64,000 nucleotides of DNA from an uncultured Gemmatimonadaceae bacterium (GCA_963843845.1 CAWJMB010000002.1:1216001-1280000), one strand, 5' to 3'; positions 40,189-51,674 are shown, counted from the stretch's first letter. The notes: generated by a model not told the origin, from the sequence alone. Numbers and translations are program-made.

Positions 40189-40917
40189 TCAAGTGTCGGC
40201 GCGTGACCGCCGAGAGTTGATCGTCGGCCCGCGACATCCGTCTCGCCGGTGGGTCTCACAGGTCGAGCGGACCGGGCAGACGTGGCAGCGACGCGCCCGA
40301 GCGGTGCACACCAGCGCACCGAGCTCCATGAGCGCCTGATTGTGCGTCCAGCCCGCGCGCCCCGTCCGTGGGAGTATCGACTCGGCGATCGTCCAGAGTG
40401 CTCGCTGCCCGGTGCCGCGCGTCGGATCGACGTCAGGCGCGAACACGCGACGCAGCACGCGCGCGACGTTCGTGTCGACGAGCGCGGCGCGGCGCTCGTA
40501 TGCGAACGATGCCACCGCGCCGGCGGTGTAGGCACCGACGCCAGGAAGCGCCCGGAGCGCTGCCGGGTCCGCCGGGAGGGCACCGGCTCCGCCCTCGCGA
40601 ACCACGTGGCGCGCGAGCGCGTGCAGGTTGCGAGCGCGCGCGTAGTAGCCGAGGCCCGACCACGCGTCCGTGACCTGGCGAACCGGTACGTCGGCCACGT
40701 GGCCGAGGGTCGGGAAGGCGTCGAGAAACGCCTGGTACTTCGGAATCACCCGGGCGACCTGGGTCTGCTGCAACATCAGCTCGGAGACGAGCACGTGATA
40801 CGCGTCACGCGTTCGTCTCCACGGCAGATCGCGACCTTCGCGGCGGAACCAGGCGGCGAGGTGCCGGCGAAAGCGGCGGACGCGGGCGACGTCGAGCGGC
40901 GGCGGAAGGTCGGGCAC
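40189..40917 (-). CDS. mutY: A/G-specific adenine glycosylase, short form without C-terminal NUDIX-like domain
   Basis: RDLPWRR, SELMLQQTQV, WSGLGYYARARNLH, LPGVGAYTA, VDTNVARV, Fe-S motif C-x6-C-x2-C-x5-C. Confidence 0.88.
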   Translation of the reverse strand: MPDLPPPLDVARVRRFRRHLAAWFRREGRDLPWRRTRDAYHVLVSELMLQQTQVARVIPKYQAFLDAFPTLGHVADVPVRQVTDAWSGLGYYARARNLHALARHVVREGGAGALPADPAALRALPGVGAYTAGAVASFAYERRAALVDTNVARVLRRVFAPDVDPTRGTGQRALWTIAESILPRTGRAGWTHNQALMELGALVCTARARRCHVCPVRSTCETHRRDGCRGPTINSRRSRADT

Positions 40918-40994
40918 GGAGGGGCGTGGGTGGGACGCGCTTGCGTGCAGACTCGTCCTGGGCCTGATTGGACCGCGAGACCATTCAGCGCCCT

Positions 40995-41750
40995 ATGAAC
41001 TTACGTGAGCAGTCGGTCGCCATCACCAGCGCATTCCAGCGGCGGATCGTTCCCGAACTGCGGTACTCGCAGACGCAGTACGAGGAGCGGTTGCGCGAGT
41101 ACGCGGCCGACGTGGGCCGCTGGCTCGATGTCGGGTGTGGTCACCAGCTTCTGCCCTCCTGGCGCGCCGAGGCCGAAGCCGAGCTCCTCGGCACGATCGA
41201 CCACATCGTCGGCATCGACTACGAGTTCGATGCGCTGCGGCGCCACCCGAACATTCGCGACGTCTGTCGCGCCGACGTCGGGTCGCTCCCGTTCGCCGAC
41301 GCGAGCTTCGACCTGATCACGGCGAACATGGTCGTGGAGCATCTCGCCGCCCCGGGCGCGCAGTTCCTCGAAATCGCGCGCGTGCTCCGGCCGGGTGGAG
41401 TCTTCCTCTTCCACACGCCGAACGCGCGCTCCTACCCGGTGCAGGTCGCCCGGCTGCTGCCTGACGCCGTGAAGCGCATGCTCGCACGGGTACTGGAGAA
41501 CCGGGCATCCGACGACGTGTTCCCCACGTACTACCGAGCGAACACCGAGCAGGCGATTCGTCGGACGGCCGCGGATGCCGGGCTCGCCGTGGACGCCCTG
41601 CACTTCATCGCGACGACGCCGGTCCTGGGCGTCGTGCCCCCGCTGGCGCTCGCCGAGCTCGTTATCCTTCGCCAACTCGTTCGCACGCCGGCCCTCGCGC
41701 CATACCGGCAGACACTGATCTGCGCGCTCCGCCGGCCCGCTGTGGTGTAG
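40995..41750 (+). CDS. Class I SAM-dependent methyltransferase
   Basis: WLDVGCG, LPFADASFDLI, VVEHL, RVLRPGG, HTPN. Confidence 0.88.
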   Translation: MNLREQSVAITSAFQRRIVPELRYSQTQYEERLREYAADVGRWLDVGCGHQLLPSWRAEAEAELLGTIDHIVGIDYEFDALRRHPNIRDVCRADVGSLPFADASFDLITANMVVEHLAAPGAQFLEIARVLRPGGVFLFHTPNARSYPVQVARLLPDAVKRMLARVLENRASDDVFPTYYRANTEQAIRRTAADAGLAVDALHFIATTPVLGVVPPLALAELVILRQLVRTPALAPYRQTLICALRRPAVV

Positions 41751-41896
41751 CACGGCTGCACACATCGACCGAGCTGGGGTAAATGTTTCTTTGCAGGGCG
41801 AAGCTCGACGATGTCACGGATGGGCTCGAACAGTATGTTTGCTCGGAATCGAGGTGATCGCGGTCACCAGCGACATAGACATTTGCGTGTGCAGGT

Positions 41897-43831
41897 ATGT
41901 GCGGTCTGGCCGGTCTGATTCACCTGGATGGAACCACGTGCGCACCCGAGCCGCTCGGTCGGATGGCGCGGGTGCTGACGCACCGCGGACCCGATGACGA
42001 GGGGTTCCACGTAGACGGATCGGTCGGTTTCGCCTTCCGCCGGCTCGCCATCATCGACCTGTCGTCGTGCGGCCACCAGCCGATGCAGTACGGCGACGGC
42101 CGGTACACCATCGTGTACAACGGCGAGATCTACAATTACCTCGAGCTGCGCGAGCAGCTCCTCGCGCGCGGGCATCGCTTCCGCTCCCGGTCGGACACGG
42201 AAGTGCTGCTCGCCGCCTACGCCGAGTGGGGGGCGGAGTGTCTCTCGCGGCTGAACGGGATGTGGGCATTCCTCATCTACGACCGCGTGCGGCGCGTCGT
42301 GTTCGGCTCGCGCGACCGGTTCGGCATCAAGCCGCTCTACCGCTCGCGCTCGGACGGTCGGATGCTCATCGCCTCCGAGATCAAGGCGATCCGGGCGGCT
42401 CAGGAGACCCCCGCGGCGCCGAACCTGGCGCTCGTTCGGGAACTGCTCGTGTCGGGGCGGATGGAGCGCGTGCTCCCCGGAGGGAGAACGTTCTTCGAGG
42501 GAATCGAAGAGGTCCCCGCCGGCTCCGGCTTCGAGCTCGGGCTCGACGGATCCATGCGAGAGTGGACGTTCTGGACGCCGAGCATGCGGGCCGGAGCGGA
42601 TCCGATCGCGCCCGGCGAGCTGTTCGACGTGCTCGACGCGGCGATCGACCGCCATCTGCGCGCGGATGTCCGTGTCGGCGTGAGCCTCTCCGGCGGGCTC
42701 GACTCGACGATCGTCGCCTCTCTGCTCGCTCGCCACCGTCGCGACGGCGCTGAGCCGATCCGCGCGTTCTCCTACATCACGGCCGCGTTCGACGAAGGTC
42801 AGTTCGTCGCGGACGTCGTCGAGCGGATCGGCGCGACGCTGCACACGCACGACACGGGCGGCCGCGTCGCGCTCGCGCTGCTTCCTCGCGTGCTCTGGCA
42901 CAACGACGAGCCCGTGCACTCGCTGAACTCGTCGATCGGTCTCGAGATCTACGGCGCGGCAGCGAGCAACGACGTGAAGGTCATGATGTCCGGCCAGGGC
43001 GCCGACGAGCTCCTGGGTGGCTATCCGAGCGGGTTCCCCGTGCTCTGGGCGTCGCTCGTCCGCCGAGGCCGCGTCGCCGAGGCACGGCGACAGATCGAGG
43101 GCTACGTCGCCGTCCACGGGGGGGACGTTCGTGCGCTCCTGCGGCACGCGGTCATCTCGGCGGTGGCAGGGGTCGTCAATGCGACGCCGGGGCTGCGAAC
43201 GGTCGCGAGCCGTCGTCGTGCGCGTCGTGCGGTGCCGCAGTCCACATTCTGCGCGCCGGACTTTCTCGCCGCAGGCGGGAGCGAGCGCGTGAGAGAGCAC
43301 CACGTCGGGTCGCTGGCGGACAAGCTGGAGTTCGAGATCGCCTTGACGCCGCTGCCGCTCTACCTGCGGGTCGAGGATCGGGTCTCCATGGCGAACTCGG
43401 TCGAATCGCGAGTGCCATTCCTGGACGCCGACATCGCGGCGCTGGCGCAGCGCTTCCCCGATGCGGCGCGCATGGACGGCGCGTGGAACAAGGCGCTGCT
43501 CCGCGAGGCCGCCCGCGGCCTGCTGCCGGAGAGCGTGCGCACGCGCCCGGTGAAGTTCGGGTTTCCGGTGCCGGTGGGCGAGTGGATCCGCACCGTGCTT
43601 CGAGACGAGTTCCGCGACGTGATCGAGAGCGATGCGCTTCGCCAGCGCGGGATCTACGACGTCGCGCGCGTCCGCGACACGTTTCAGCGCCACCTCCGCG
43701 GCGAGGTCGACGCTGCCGACGATCTGTTCAACGTCTACCAGCTCGAGTGCTGGTTTCAGCACGTCGTCGGCGCGGACTACGACTCGGCGCCGCAGTATTC
43801 GGGCGACGCCGTGGCGGCGGCCGTCAGCTGA
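41897..43831 (+). CDS. asnB: Second asparagine synthase-family amidotransferase
   Basis: [65 protein letters not shown]. Confidence 0.92.
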   Translation: MCGLAGLIHLDGTTCAPEPLGRMARVLTHRGPDDEGFHVDGSVGFAFRRLAIIDLSSCGHQPMQYGDGRYTIVYNGEIYNYLELREQLLARGHRFRSRSDTEVLLAAYAEWGAECLSRLNGMWAFLIYDRVRRVVFGSRDRFGIKPLYRSRSDGRMLIASEIKAIRAAQETPAAPNLALVRELLVSGRMERVLPGGRTFFEGIEEVPAGSGFELGLDGSMREWTFWTPSMRAGADPIAPGELFDVLDAAIDRHLRADVRVGVSLSGGLDSTIVASLLARHRRDGAEPIRAFSYITAAFDEGQFVADVVERIGATLHTHDTGGRVALALLPRVLWHNDEPVHSLNSSIGLEIYGAAASNDVKVMMSGQGADELLGGYPSGFPVLWASLVRRGRVAEARRQIEGYVAVHGGDVRALLRHAVISAVAGVVNATPGLRTVASRRRARRAVPQSTFCAPDFLAAGGSERVREHHVGSLADKLEFEIALTPLPLYLRVEDRVSMANSVESRVPFLDADIAALAQRFPDAARMDGAWNKALLREAARGLLPESVRTRPVKFGFPVPVGEWIRTVLRDEFRDVIESDALRQRGIYDVARVRDTFQRHLRGEVDAADDLFNVYQLECWFQHVVGADYDSAPQYSGDAVAAAVS

Positions 43832-45121
43832 CCCGGCTCGTCTTCCGCCTCAGGAAGTCCATCAGGATGAACTGGCCCAGCGTCATCGTGTTCGTGAAGT
43901 ACGCCTTGCCGCGGCTGATCTCGCTCATCCGCTTCACGAACTCCACGAGCGCGCGGTCGCGCGCGAGCATGAACGTGTTGATCATGATGCCCGCGCGGCG
44001 GCAGTCGGCGACCTCGCGCAGCGTCTGCTCGATGACCGTGCGCGTCGAGCCCCATCGAGTTCTTGTAGATCTGCCCGTTCGGCATCGTCAGCGCGCTCGG
44101 CTTGCCGTCGGTGATCATGATGATCTGGCGCATGTCCTTCTTCTGCGCCAGCAGGATGCGGCGCGCGAGCTTGAGCCCCTCGGCCGTGTTCGTGTGATAC
44201 GGGCCGACCTGCGCGCTCGGCGAGCGTCGCGAGCGGAATCTCCTCGGCCGAGTCGTGGAAGAGCACGACGTGGATCGTGTCGCCGGGGAACTGCGTGCGG
44301 ATGAGGTGCGTGAGCGCGAGCGCGACCTTCTTCGCCGGCGTGAAGCGGTCCTCGCCGTAGAGGATCATCGAGTGCGAGCAGTCGAGCATCAGCACCGTCG
44401 CGCAGCTCGACCGATACTCCGCCTGCCGCACCATGAGGTCGGGGTAGTCGAGGTCCATCGGCACCTCGAGCGTGCCGGTGCGGGCGAGCGCGTTCTTGAG
44501 CGTCTCGTTGACGTCGAGGTTCAGCACGTCGCCGAACTCGTACGGCTTGCTCGACGCCGTCGGCCTCGATGCCCGGTGGCGAGGTACGGCGTGTCGTGGC
44601 TGCCGAAGCTCGACTTGCCGAGCGAGCCGAGGAGGTTGCGCAGCGTCTTGTAGCCGAGGAAGTCGATGCCCTTGTCGGTGAGGTTGAACTGCACGTCCTT
44701 GCGCGGCTGCCTGCGCGAGCGAGCCCTTGCCCGTCGACCGGCTGGTGGCCGGCCGGCATCTGCGGCGGCGTCGTCGAGCGTTGAGGTAGCCCTTCGTCGA
44801 TGAGCCGCTGCACGAGCTCGTCGAGCAGCTTGGCGAGCTTCTGCCTGCGACGTCCTCGTCGCCGTCGCCGCGCAGCGCCTCGAGCATCTCGGGCGTGAAC
44901 TGCCCGCTCTCCATGAGCGCCTCGAGGATCGCCTGCTCGCAGCGCGTCGAGCGACCGGTCGCCTCGGCTCGCCGAGTCTCATGCCCCAGTACGGGTGGTC
45001 GCTCGGCCCGCCGGCGAACCCGGACTGCGAGCAGGAAGTCGGCGAGCTTGTCGAGCAGCGACTGCAGGTCGACCGCGTCGGCGAGCTCGGGGCTGAACTT
45101 CGTGTACGTGTGGAAGCGCAT
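43824..45121 (-). CDS. VWA domain protein (partner type for chelatase-like AAA+), multiple indels
   Basis: MIDAS motif [26 protein letters not shown], ends [15 protein letters not shown]. Confidence 0.85.
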
Positions 45122-45215
45122 GACGGTCCTCGCTGACGGCGTCGACCACGCTGCGGGCGTAGCGCTGTCGATACAGCGCGGTCGATGCAGCGGGCACCGT
45201 TCTTCGAACGGTGCG

Positions 45216-46579
45216 GTGATACACTTCCAGCGCGCAAGTGGCGCCGCTCGTTCTCGAAGGCTTCGTGAATCCGTTCCGCGTCCGCTCGTCAGGCACCGCA
45301 ACTTCCGCATCTTCTGGTTCGGCCAGACGCTGTCGCTCGTCGGGACGTGGATGCAGGCGATGGCCGAGGGGTGGCTCGCGCTGGAGCTGACGGACAGCGC
45401 CTTTCTCGTCGGCCTCGTCGCGGCGGCGGCGTCGCTGCCGGTGCTGCTGTTCACGGTACTCGCCGGCGTCTACGTCGACCGCGCGGACCGGCTGCGCGTG
45501 GTCACGGCGATGCAGGCGCTCATGCTCTGCCAGGCGATCGCGCTCTGGCTCATGACGCTCACCGGACACCTCACCATCGGGTGGCTCGTGGCGCTCGCGT
45601 TCGTCGGCGGGACGTTCGCGGCGTTCGAGATCCCGGCGCGCCAGTCGCTGTTCGTCGACCTCGTCGGGCGCGACGACCTCGCCGCGCGATCGCGCTCAAC
45701 TCGAGCGGCTTCAACCTCGCGCGCATCATCGGGCCGGCGATCGGCGCGGCGCTCATCGCGGCGTTCGGGATCGCCTGGTGCTTCGCGGTGAACGCGGGGA
45801 GCTATCTCGCGGTGCTCGTCGGGCTGTTCCGGATTCGGCTTCCCGCGAGGACGCCGCGCGGCCCGCACGGCTCTCCGTTCACGGCGCTGCGCGAAGGAAT
45901 CGCGTACATCTGGCGCACCGACGACCTGCGGCGACTCATCGGCGTGGTGGTCGTGTTCGCGGTGTTCGGTGTACCGTACCTCACCCTCATGCCGGTCGTC
46001 GCGCGCGACGTGCTGGGACTCGGCGCCGGCGGTTACGGTGTGCTCCTCGCGGCGGTGGGCGTCGGGGGGTTCGCCGGGGCGCTGTTCGTCGCCGGCGTCG
46101 GGACGCGCGTCTCCCACCGGCGGCTGCTCGTCGCGTCGTCGTTCGCCTACGCACTGCTGCTGATCGCGTTCGCGTTCGTGCGCTCGGCATCGCTCGCGCG
46201 CGTCGTGCTGCTCGCCGTCGGGTTCGCGATGGTCGCGAACGGCGCGATGTCGAACGCGATGCTGCAGGCGCGCGTCGACGACGCGTTCCGGGGGCGCGTG
46301 ATGTCGGTCTACGCGTTCGCCGTCGTCGGCCTCGCGCAGGTCGTCGGCTCGTTCCTCGGCGGCGCGGTCGCCCGCCTCGCCGGGCCCGACTGGGCGATCG
46401 GCGGCGGCGCGGTGGTCATGCTGCTCTACGGCGCCTGGGCGTACAGCACCGGCGCGGGGACGCTCGCGTCGAGGGTCGCGCGCACGCGGGCACAGAGCCG
46501 GTCCGGCGTGAAGGGCTTGCCTAACAGCGCGACCGCGTCGGCCGAGACGCCGCGCAGCAACACTTCGTCGTCGGTGTAG
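45216..46579 (+). CDS. MFS transporter (DHA3/MFS_3-like); indel near 45685
   Basis: [55 protein letters not shown]; both ends approximate. Confidence 0.87.
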
Positions 46580-49224
46580 CCGGACATGAACAGCACGCGC
46601 AGCGCTGGCGACTCGCGCGTCAGCGCCTCGGCGAGCTCGCGGCCGTTCATGCCGGGCATGACGACGTCCGTCAGCAGCAGATCGATCTCGCCGGCGCGCG
46701 CGCGCGCGAGCTCGAGCGCGCTCGGGCCGTCCACGGCGGCCAGCACGCGATAGCCTCGGCGCGACAACGCCTCGCACGCGATCGCGCGGACGGCGTCTTC
46801 GTCCTCGACGAGCAGCACCGTCTCGCTCCCGCCGGGCACTGGGAGCGCGAGCGGCGCCAGCTCGTCCGACCGCGCTTCGGCGGCGGCGTCGACGCGCGGG
46901 AGATAGATCACGAACCGACTCCCCGCACTCGGCGCGCTCCACACGCGCACCGCGCCGCCCCCCTGCTGCACGATCCCGTACACGGTGGCGAGGCCGAGAC
47001 CGGTCCCGTGCGTGCGATCCTTCGTCGTGAAGAACGGCTCGAAGATGCGTGCCTGCGTGTCGGCGTCCATTCCGATGCCGGTGTCGCGCACCTCCAGCAC
47101 CGTCCAGCGGCCCGGTGCGATGCCGGGGTGCTGCGGGTCCTCGACGTCGACGTACACGTCGCGCGCCGTGATCGTCAGCGTGCCGCCGTCGGGCATCGCG
47201 TCGCGCGCGTTCAGTGCCAGGTTCATCACGACCTGCTCGATCTGTCCCGGATCGGCGAGCACGGTCCCCAACGACGCGGGAAGGACACTCTCGAGCCGGA
47301 TGTGCTCGCCGATCATGCGCCCGAGCATCGGATGCATCCCCTCGACGACGGTCCGCACGTCGAGGGCGATCGGCTGCACGACGCGCCCACGGCTGAAACC
47401 GAGGATTCGGCTCGTGAGCCCGGCGGCGCGCTGCGACGCTTCGCGAATCGCGGCGAAGTCCTCGCGCGTCTCCGCCGGCAGCGCGTCGTCGCTGAGCGCG
47501 AGGTCGCAGTAGCCGAGGATGCCGGTGAGCAGGTTGTTGAAGTCGTGCGCGATACCGCCGGCGAACCGGCCCAACGCTTCCATCTTCTGCGCGCGGCGCA
47601 GCTGGTCCTGGGACTCTTGCAGGGCGTGCTCGGCGCGCCGGCGCGCGGTCACGTCGAGCGCGGCGGAGAGGCGCGTCGGGCGCCCCTCGACGTCCGTGAG
47701 CACGGTGAACACTTCGACATCGATGATCGATCCGGCGCGGTCGACGTGTCGCCAGGCACCAGCGTGCGCGCGTTCGTGCACGCGCTGCGCCTTCGCGAGC
47801 GCGCGGGCGACGGCGAGAAAGCGCACGCGGTCCTCGGCGCGATGCAAGTCCACGAGCGACAACTGGAGGAATTCGTCGCGGGTGTAGCCGTACTGCTCGC
47901 ACGCCGCCTCGTTCACGGCGAGGACGCGGTGCGTCTCGAGGTCGGCGAGGTAGAGCGGGACCGGACAGACGTCGAACAGCAGGCGGTAGCGCTGCTCGGT
48001 GCGATGCAGCGCCGCGGTGCGAGCCGCGATCGTGCCCGCCATGTCGTTGAAGGCCGTGGCGAGCGAGGCGATCTCGCTGGGCACGTCGGTGCGCGTGCGG
48101 CGCTCGTAGTCGCCGGAGGCGATCGCCTTCGCATCGGCAGCGAGCGCGTCGATCGGCCGGATGATGCGTCGGCCGAGGGTGATCGTGACGCCGACCGCGA
48201 TGCTGAGCGCCGCGATGACGAGGAGCAGGTCGCGACGGAACTCCGCGTTCATCTCGGCGAGCGCGGCAGGGCGTGGCGTGCTGACGAAGACGCGCCACCC
48301 CGCGGCAGCGACCGGCGCGTACGCGCCGATGCGCTCGCTCCCGTCAGGAGCGATGTACTCCGCGTAGGCTTCCGGGCGCGTCACCGCGGCGCGCAGGGCG
48401 GGCGTCATCACGTTCCGTCCGGTGAGCGCGTCGACGCGCGGCACGCGCGCGAGCACGGCGCCGCTCGAATCGAGTGCCGTGACCGACGTGCCCGGCGGCA
48501 GCGAGTCGATGTGCAGCGTCGGCTCCAGCGACGAGAGGTGCAGCGTGCCCAACACCGCGCCGCGCACCGCACCCGTCGCGTCGAGCACCGGGTGCGCGAA
48601 CGTGACCGACCACTCCGACGGATCGGGGCGCGCGACGACGGGATCGCCGACGACCGGGTGTCTCGTGCGCAGCAATTCGGCGAGGTACGGCTGGTCGCCG
48701 GCGCCGACCGTCGCGCGATCGGGGACGGGGCGGAACGAGGTGCCGATGTTGTTCCCGGCCGCGTCGGTGACCCACAAGTTCGTCACGACCGACTCGGGAA
48801 GCGCGCGACGCACGCTCAGCAACAGCGTGTCGTTCGACGCCGCGCCGGCTGCGTCGGTGCGCACCGTCTGCGCGAGCGACGCGGTCAGCAGCCGCACGTT
48901 GCGCGCACGCGTGTCGACGCGGGCGGCGAGCGTGCGCGAGGCCTCGAGCGCGCGGCGCCCAGCGGCGTCGCGCGCCGCGGCCGCCCGCTCGTTGATGCGG
49001 AGCACCGTTCCCATCACGAGCGGCGCGAGCGCCGCGAGCACGAGCACGACGAGCCACGCCCACAGCCCCACGGGGTCGGGGTGGACGGCGCGGCGGCGCG
49101 CAGGCGGCGCGCCCGGCGTCGCCTGCGGCGTGGGCACGGCGCCGCGGGGAGAGTCGAGGCTCACGAACGGTTGTTCGGGGGGTCGGGGCGCGAGCAGGGC
49201 GGGAACGACGGGATGAGCCGGCAC
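46426..49224 (-). CDS. Hybrid sensor kinase (TM-Cache-TM-HAMP-PAS-HisKA-HATPase-REC)
   Basis: QKMEALGRFAGGIAHDFNNLL, NLALNARDAM, FEPFFTTK, GTGLGL, LLVEDE, LLTDVVMP. Confidence 0.92.
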   Translation of the reverse strand: MPAHPVVPALLAPRPPEQPFVSLDSPRGAVPTPQATPGAPPARRRAVHPDPVGLWAWLVVLVLAALAPLVMGTVLRINERAAAARDAAGRRALEASRTLAARVDTRARNVRLLTASLAQTVRTDAAGAASNDTLLLSVRRALPESVVTNLWVTDAAGNNIGTSFRPVPDRATVGAGDQPYLAELLRTRHPVVGDPVVARPDPSEWSVTFAHPVLDATGAVRGAVLGTLHLSSLEPTLHIDSLPPGTSVTALDSSGAVLARVPRVDALTGRNVMTPALRAAVTRPEAYAEYIAPDGSERIGAYAPVAAAGWRVFVSTPRPAALAEMNAEFRRDLLLVIAALSIAVGVTITLGRRIIRPIDALAADAKAIASGDYERRTRTDVPSEIASLATAFNDMAGTIAARTAALHRTEQRYRLLFDVCPVPLYLADLETHRVLAVNEAACEQYGYTRDEFLQLSLVDLHRAEDRVRFLAVARALAKAQRVHERAHAGAWRHVDRAGSIIDVEVFTVLTDVEGRPTRLSAALDVTARRRAEHALQESQDQLRRAQKMEALGRFAGGIAHDFNNLLTGILGYCDLALSDDALPAETREDFAAIREASQRAAGLTSRILGFSRGRVVQPIALDVRTVVEGMHPMLGRMIGEHIRLESVLPASLGTVLADPGQIEQVVMNLALNARDAMPDGGTLTITARDVYVDVEDPQHPGIAPGRWTVLEVRDTGIGMDADTQARIFEPFFTTKDRTHGTGLGLATVYGIVQQGGGAVRVWSAPSAGSRFVIYLPRVDAAAEARSDELAPLALPVPGGSETVLLVEDEDAVRAIACEALSRRGYRVLAAVDGPSALELARARAGEIDLLLTDVVMPGMNGRELAEALTRESPALRVLFMSGYTDDEVLLRGVSADAVALLGKPFTPDRLCARVRATLDASVPAPVLYAQAP

Positions 49225-49355
49225 CTCCGTGTGATAGTGAGACGGAGCAGCGTGCTTCGAGCAACGGCGTCCGACTCATGAATGGTGAGCGACGTCACCT
49301 CGGCCCGCGACGCGCCGGCGTTCCGAGGTCGCGACGGATCAGCCCGGTGCCCCAG

Positions 49356-49943
49356 TCAGCCTGGCGCGCCGAGCCGCAACGTGTGGAGGTGCTCGACGAC
49401 GGTGAAGCCGAAGGCCCGCCACGCGTCGTTCGCCGTTGCGTTGTCGGCGGCCGTGTGCAGTCGGAGCTCGTCGAGGCCGCGATCGCGGCACCACGCGATC
49501 GCGGCCTCGAACAACAGGTGCAGCGTGCCCTGTCGCCGCAGCGCCGGCACCACGTACACCGACGCGACGTAGCCGTAGCGATCGGGGTCGAGGAGCGGCG
49601 CGCCGCGTCCCTCCATGCAGCGCAGAATGCCGACGACCTCCGGTGCTCGCGTCGGCACCTCACGCTCCGCGAGGAACGTCACCTCCACCGCAGATGCCAG
49701 CTGCGCAGCGAAGAGCCGCCGCGCTCGCTGCGGGGCGTCGGCACGCAGGCGGCCGTAGAGCGGGCTCGCGCGGTGCTCGTGGAGCAGCGCCAGGCGAAGC
49801 GCGAGTACCGTGTCGAGGTCGTCGGGGGCGGCGACACGGATGGAAGTACCCGGACGCGGGTCGCGGGACGCCGGGGTCGGAGAACGACCCGCGCGCCCCC
49901 CGGACCCGTGTCCCGCGTCCCGGCCGTGCTCGCGCTCACTCAC
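49356..49943 (-). CDS. GNAT N-acetyltransferase
   Basis: YVASVYVVPALRRQG, LRLHTAADNATANDAWRAFGF. Confidence 0.85.
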   Translation of the reverse strand: MSEREHGRDAGHGSGGRAGRSPTPASRDPRPGTSIRVAAPDDLDTVLALRLALLHEHRASPLYGRLRADAPQRARRLFAAQLASAVEVTFLAEREVPTRAPEVVGILRCMEGRGAPLLDPDRYGYVASVYVVPALRRQGTLHLLFEAAIAWCRDRGLDELRLHTAADNATANDAWRAFGFTVVEHLHTLRLGAPG

Positions 49944-51421
49944 TCATCCCCCGCCGAACAGCTCCTGCCCTCCGCTCCCACCGCGTCGCCGCGGCTCGGG
50001 CTGCGCGCGGCCATACTGCCCGGCGTCGGAGCGCGAGATCTTGCGGCGCGCGACGAGCGCTTCGAGCGCGAGCTCGCACGCCGCGACGGTGACCGCGTCG
50101 TCGTCCGCCGGCGCGAGGCCGACGTCGTGCACGAGACGCGAGAGGTCGGGCACCGTGCGGAACGCCTGGGCGGCGAGCGATGACGAGAGGTCGTCGTCGA
50201 TCTGCAGTGCGCCCCCTTCGTCGAACCAGATGATGACTTCGTCGAGGTCGACTCCGCCGGCGCGCCCGCGAAACGTCGCGTCTGCAGCGCGGCGGATCAG
50301 CTCGCGCGCGATCGCGTGACCGCCGACCAGCTCTCCCTCGTACTCGAGCTCGATCTTGCCCGTGATCGCCGACTGCGCGGCGTAGATGTCCGACATGCGC
50401 GGCACGATCTCTCGCTCGCCCGTCAGCACCGCGCGCCGCTCGGCGTTCGACACGACGTTCTCGAGCACCGTGATCGGCATGCGCTGCGATACGCCGGAGC
50501 GGCGGTCGATGCGCTTGTCGGTACGCGCCTCGAAGGCGATGCGCTCGATGACCTCGGCGATGAAGTCGGGAACGCGCACCGGGCGCTCCGCGTCCCGCGC
50601 CGTCCACGCCTCCTGCTGCGGTGATCGCCATTCCGAGCTCGACCGTCTTCGGGGTAGTGCGTGATGATCTCGCTGCCGATCCGGTCCTTGAGCGGCGTGA
50701 TGATCTTGCCGCGCGCCGTGTAGTCCTCGGGATTCGCGGTGAAGCAGAGCAGCACGTCGAGCGGGAGGCGGACGGGGTAGCCTTTGATCTGGACGTCGCC
50801 TTCCTGCATGATGTTGAACAGGCCGACCTGCACCTTGCCGGCGAGATCGGGGAGCTCGTTCAGCGCGAAGATGCCGCGGTTGGCGCGGGGCAGCATGCCG
50901 TAGTGAATCGTGAGCTCGTCGGAGAGCACGTGACCGCCGCGCGCCGCCTTGATCGGGTCGACGTCGCCGATGATGTCGGCGACCGTGACGTCCGGCGTCG
51001 CGAGCTTCTCGACGAAGCGGCGTCGCGCGGCACCCACGCGATCGGCGTGTCGTCGCCCGCCTCGTCGAGCAGCGTGCGCGCGTACTTCGAGATCGGCGCG
51101 AACGGATTGTCGTTCACCTCGCTGCCGGCGACGATCGGCATCTCGTCGTCGAGCAGCGTGACGAGCGCGCGCAGGATGCGCGACTTCGCCTGGCCGCGCA
51201 GCCCGAGCAGGATGAAGTTGTGGCGCGAGAGCAGCGCGTTGACGATCTGCGGCATGACCGTGTCCTCGTAGCCGAGGACGCCCTCGAAGAGCGGGCCGCC
51301 GGCGGCGAGGCGGCGCGAGCAGGTTCTGCCGCATCTCGTCCTTCACGGAGCGGCGGGCGCGATCGGCGGCGCCGAACGGCGAGCGGCGCAGTGCGCCGAG
51401 CGTTTCGGGGAGCGACGACAA
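49944..51421 (-). CDS. Mg-chelatase-like/MoxR-related AAA+ ATPase, multiple indels
   Basis: [60 protein letters not shown]. Confidence 0.87.
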
Positions 51422-51570
51422 GACAGTCTCCTATTGCGGATTCGGTGAAACGTAACGGGCGGTGCAGCGAGTGCGGCCGCCGCAGTCGAACCGTCCTCTG
51501 GAAGGGAATGCGCGGAGGGCGAAAGATGTTGCCGCACCGTGAGTTAATGGACACGGTCCGGGATGCGGTC

Positions 51571-51598
51571 TTGACAGGCACTCCAGTCATCGTAGATT
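51571..51598 (+). promoter_or_regulatory. Sigma70 promoter of the small Met-rich lipoprotein, with overlapping dyad
   Basis: TTGACA-N16-TAGATT; imperfect dyad TGACAGG-N4-CCAGTCA; RBS AGGAG at 51663. Confidence 0.55.
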
Positions 51599-51674
51599 GC
51601 CGGCGCATCCGGGCCCTGCGTCGGGCGCGGAGATTTTAGTGCAGTCTCTACCGCCCCCATTTAGGAGATCGTCG

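Noticed and set aside
49944..51421. Photosynthesis Mg-chelatase subunit
   Set aside because: No bch/chl genes nearby; motifs fit the widespread AAA+/VWA chaperone-like family
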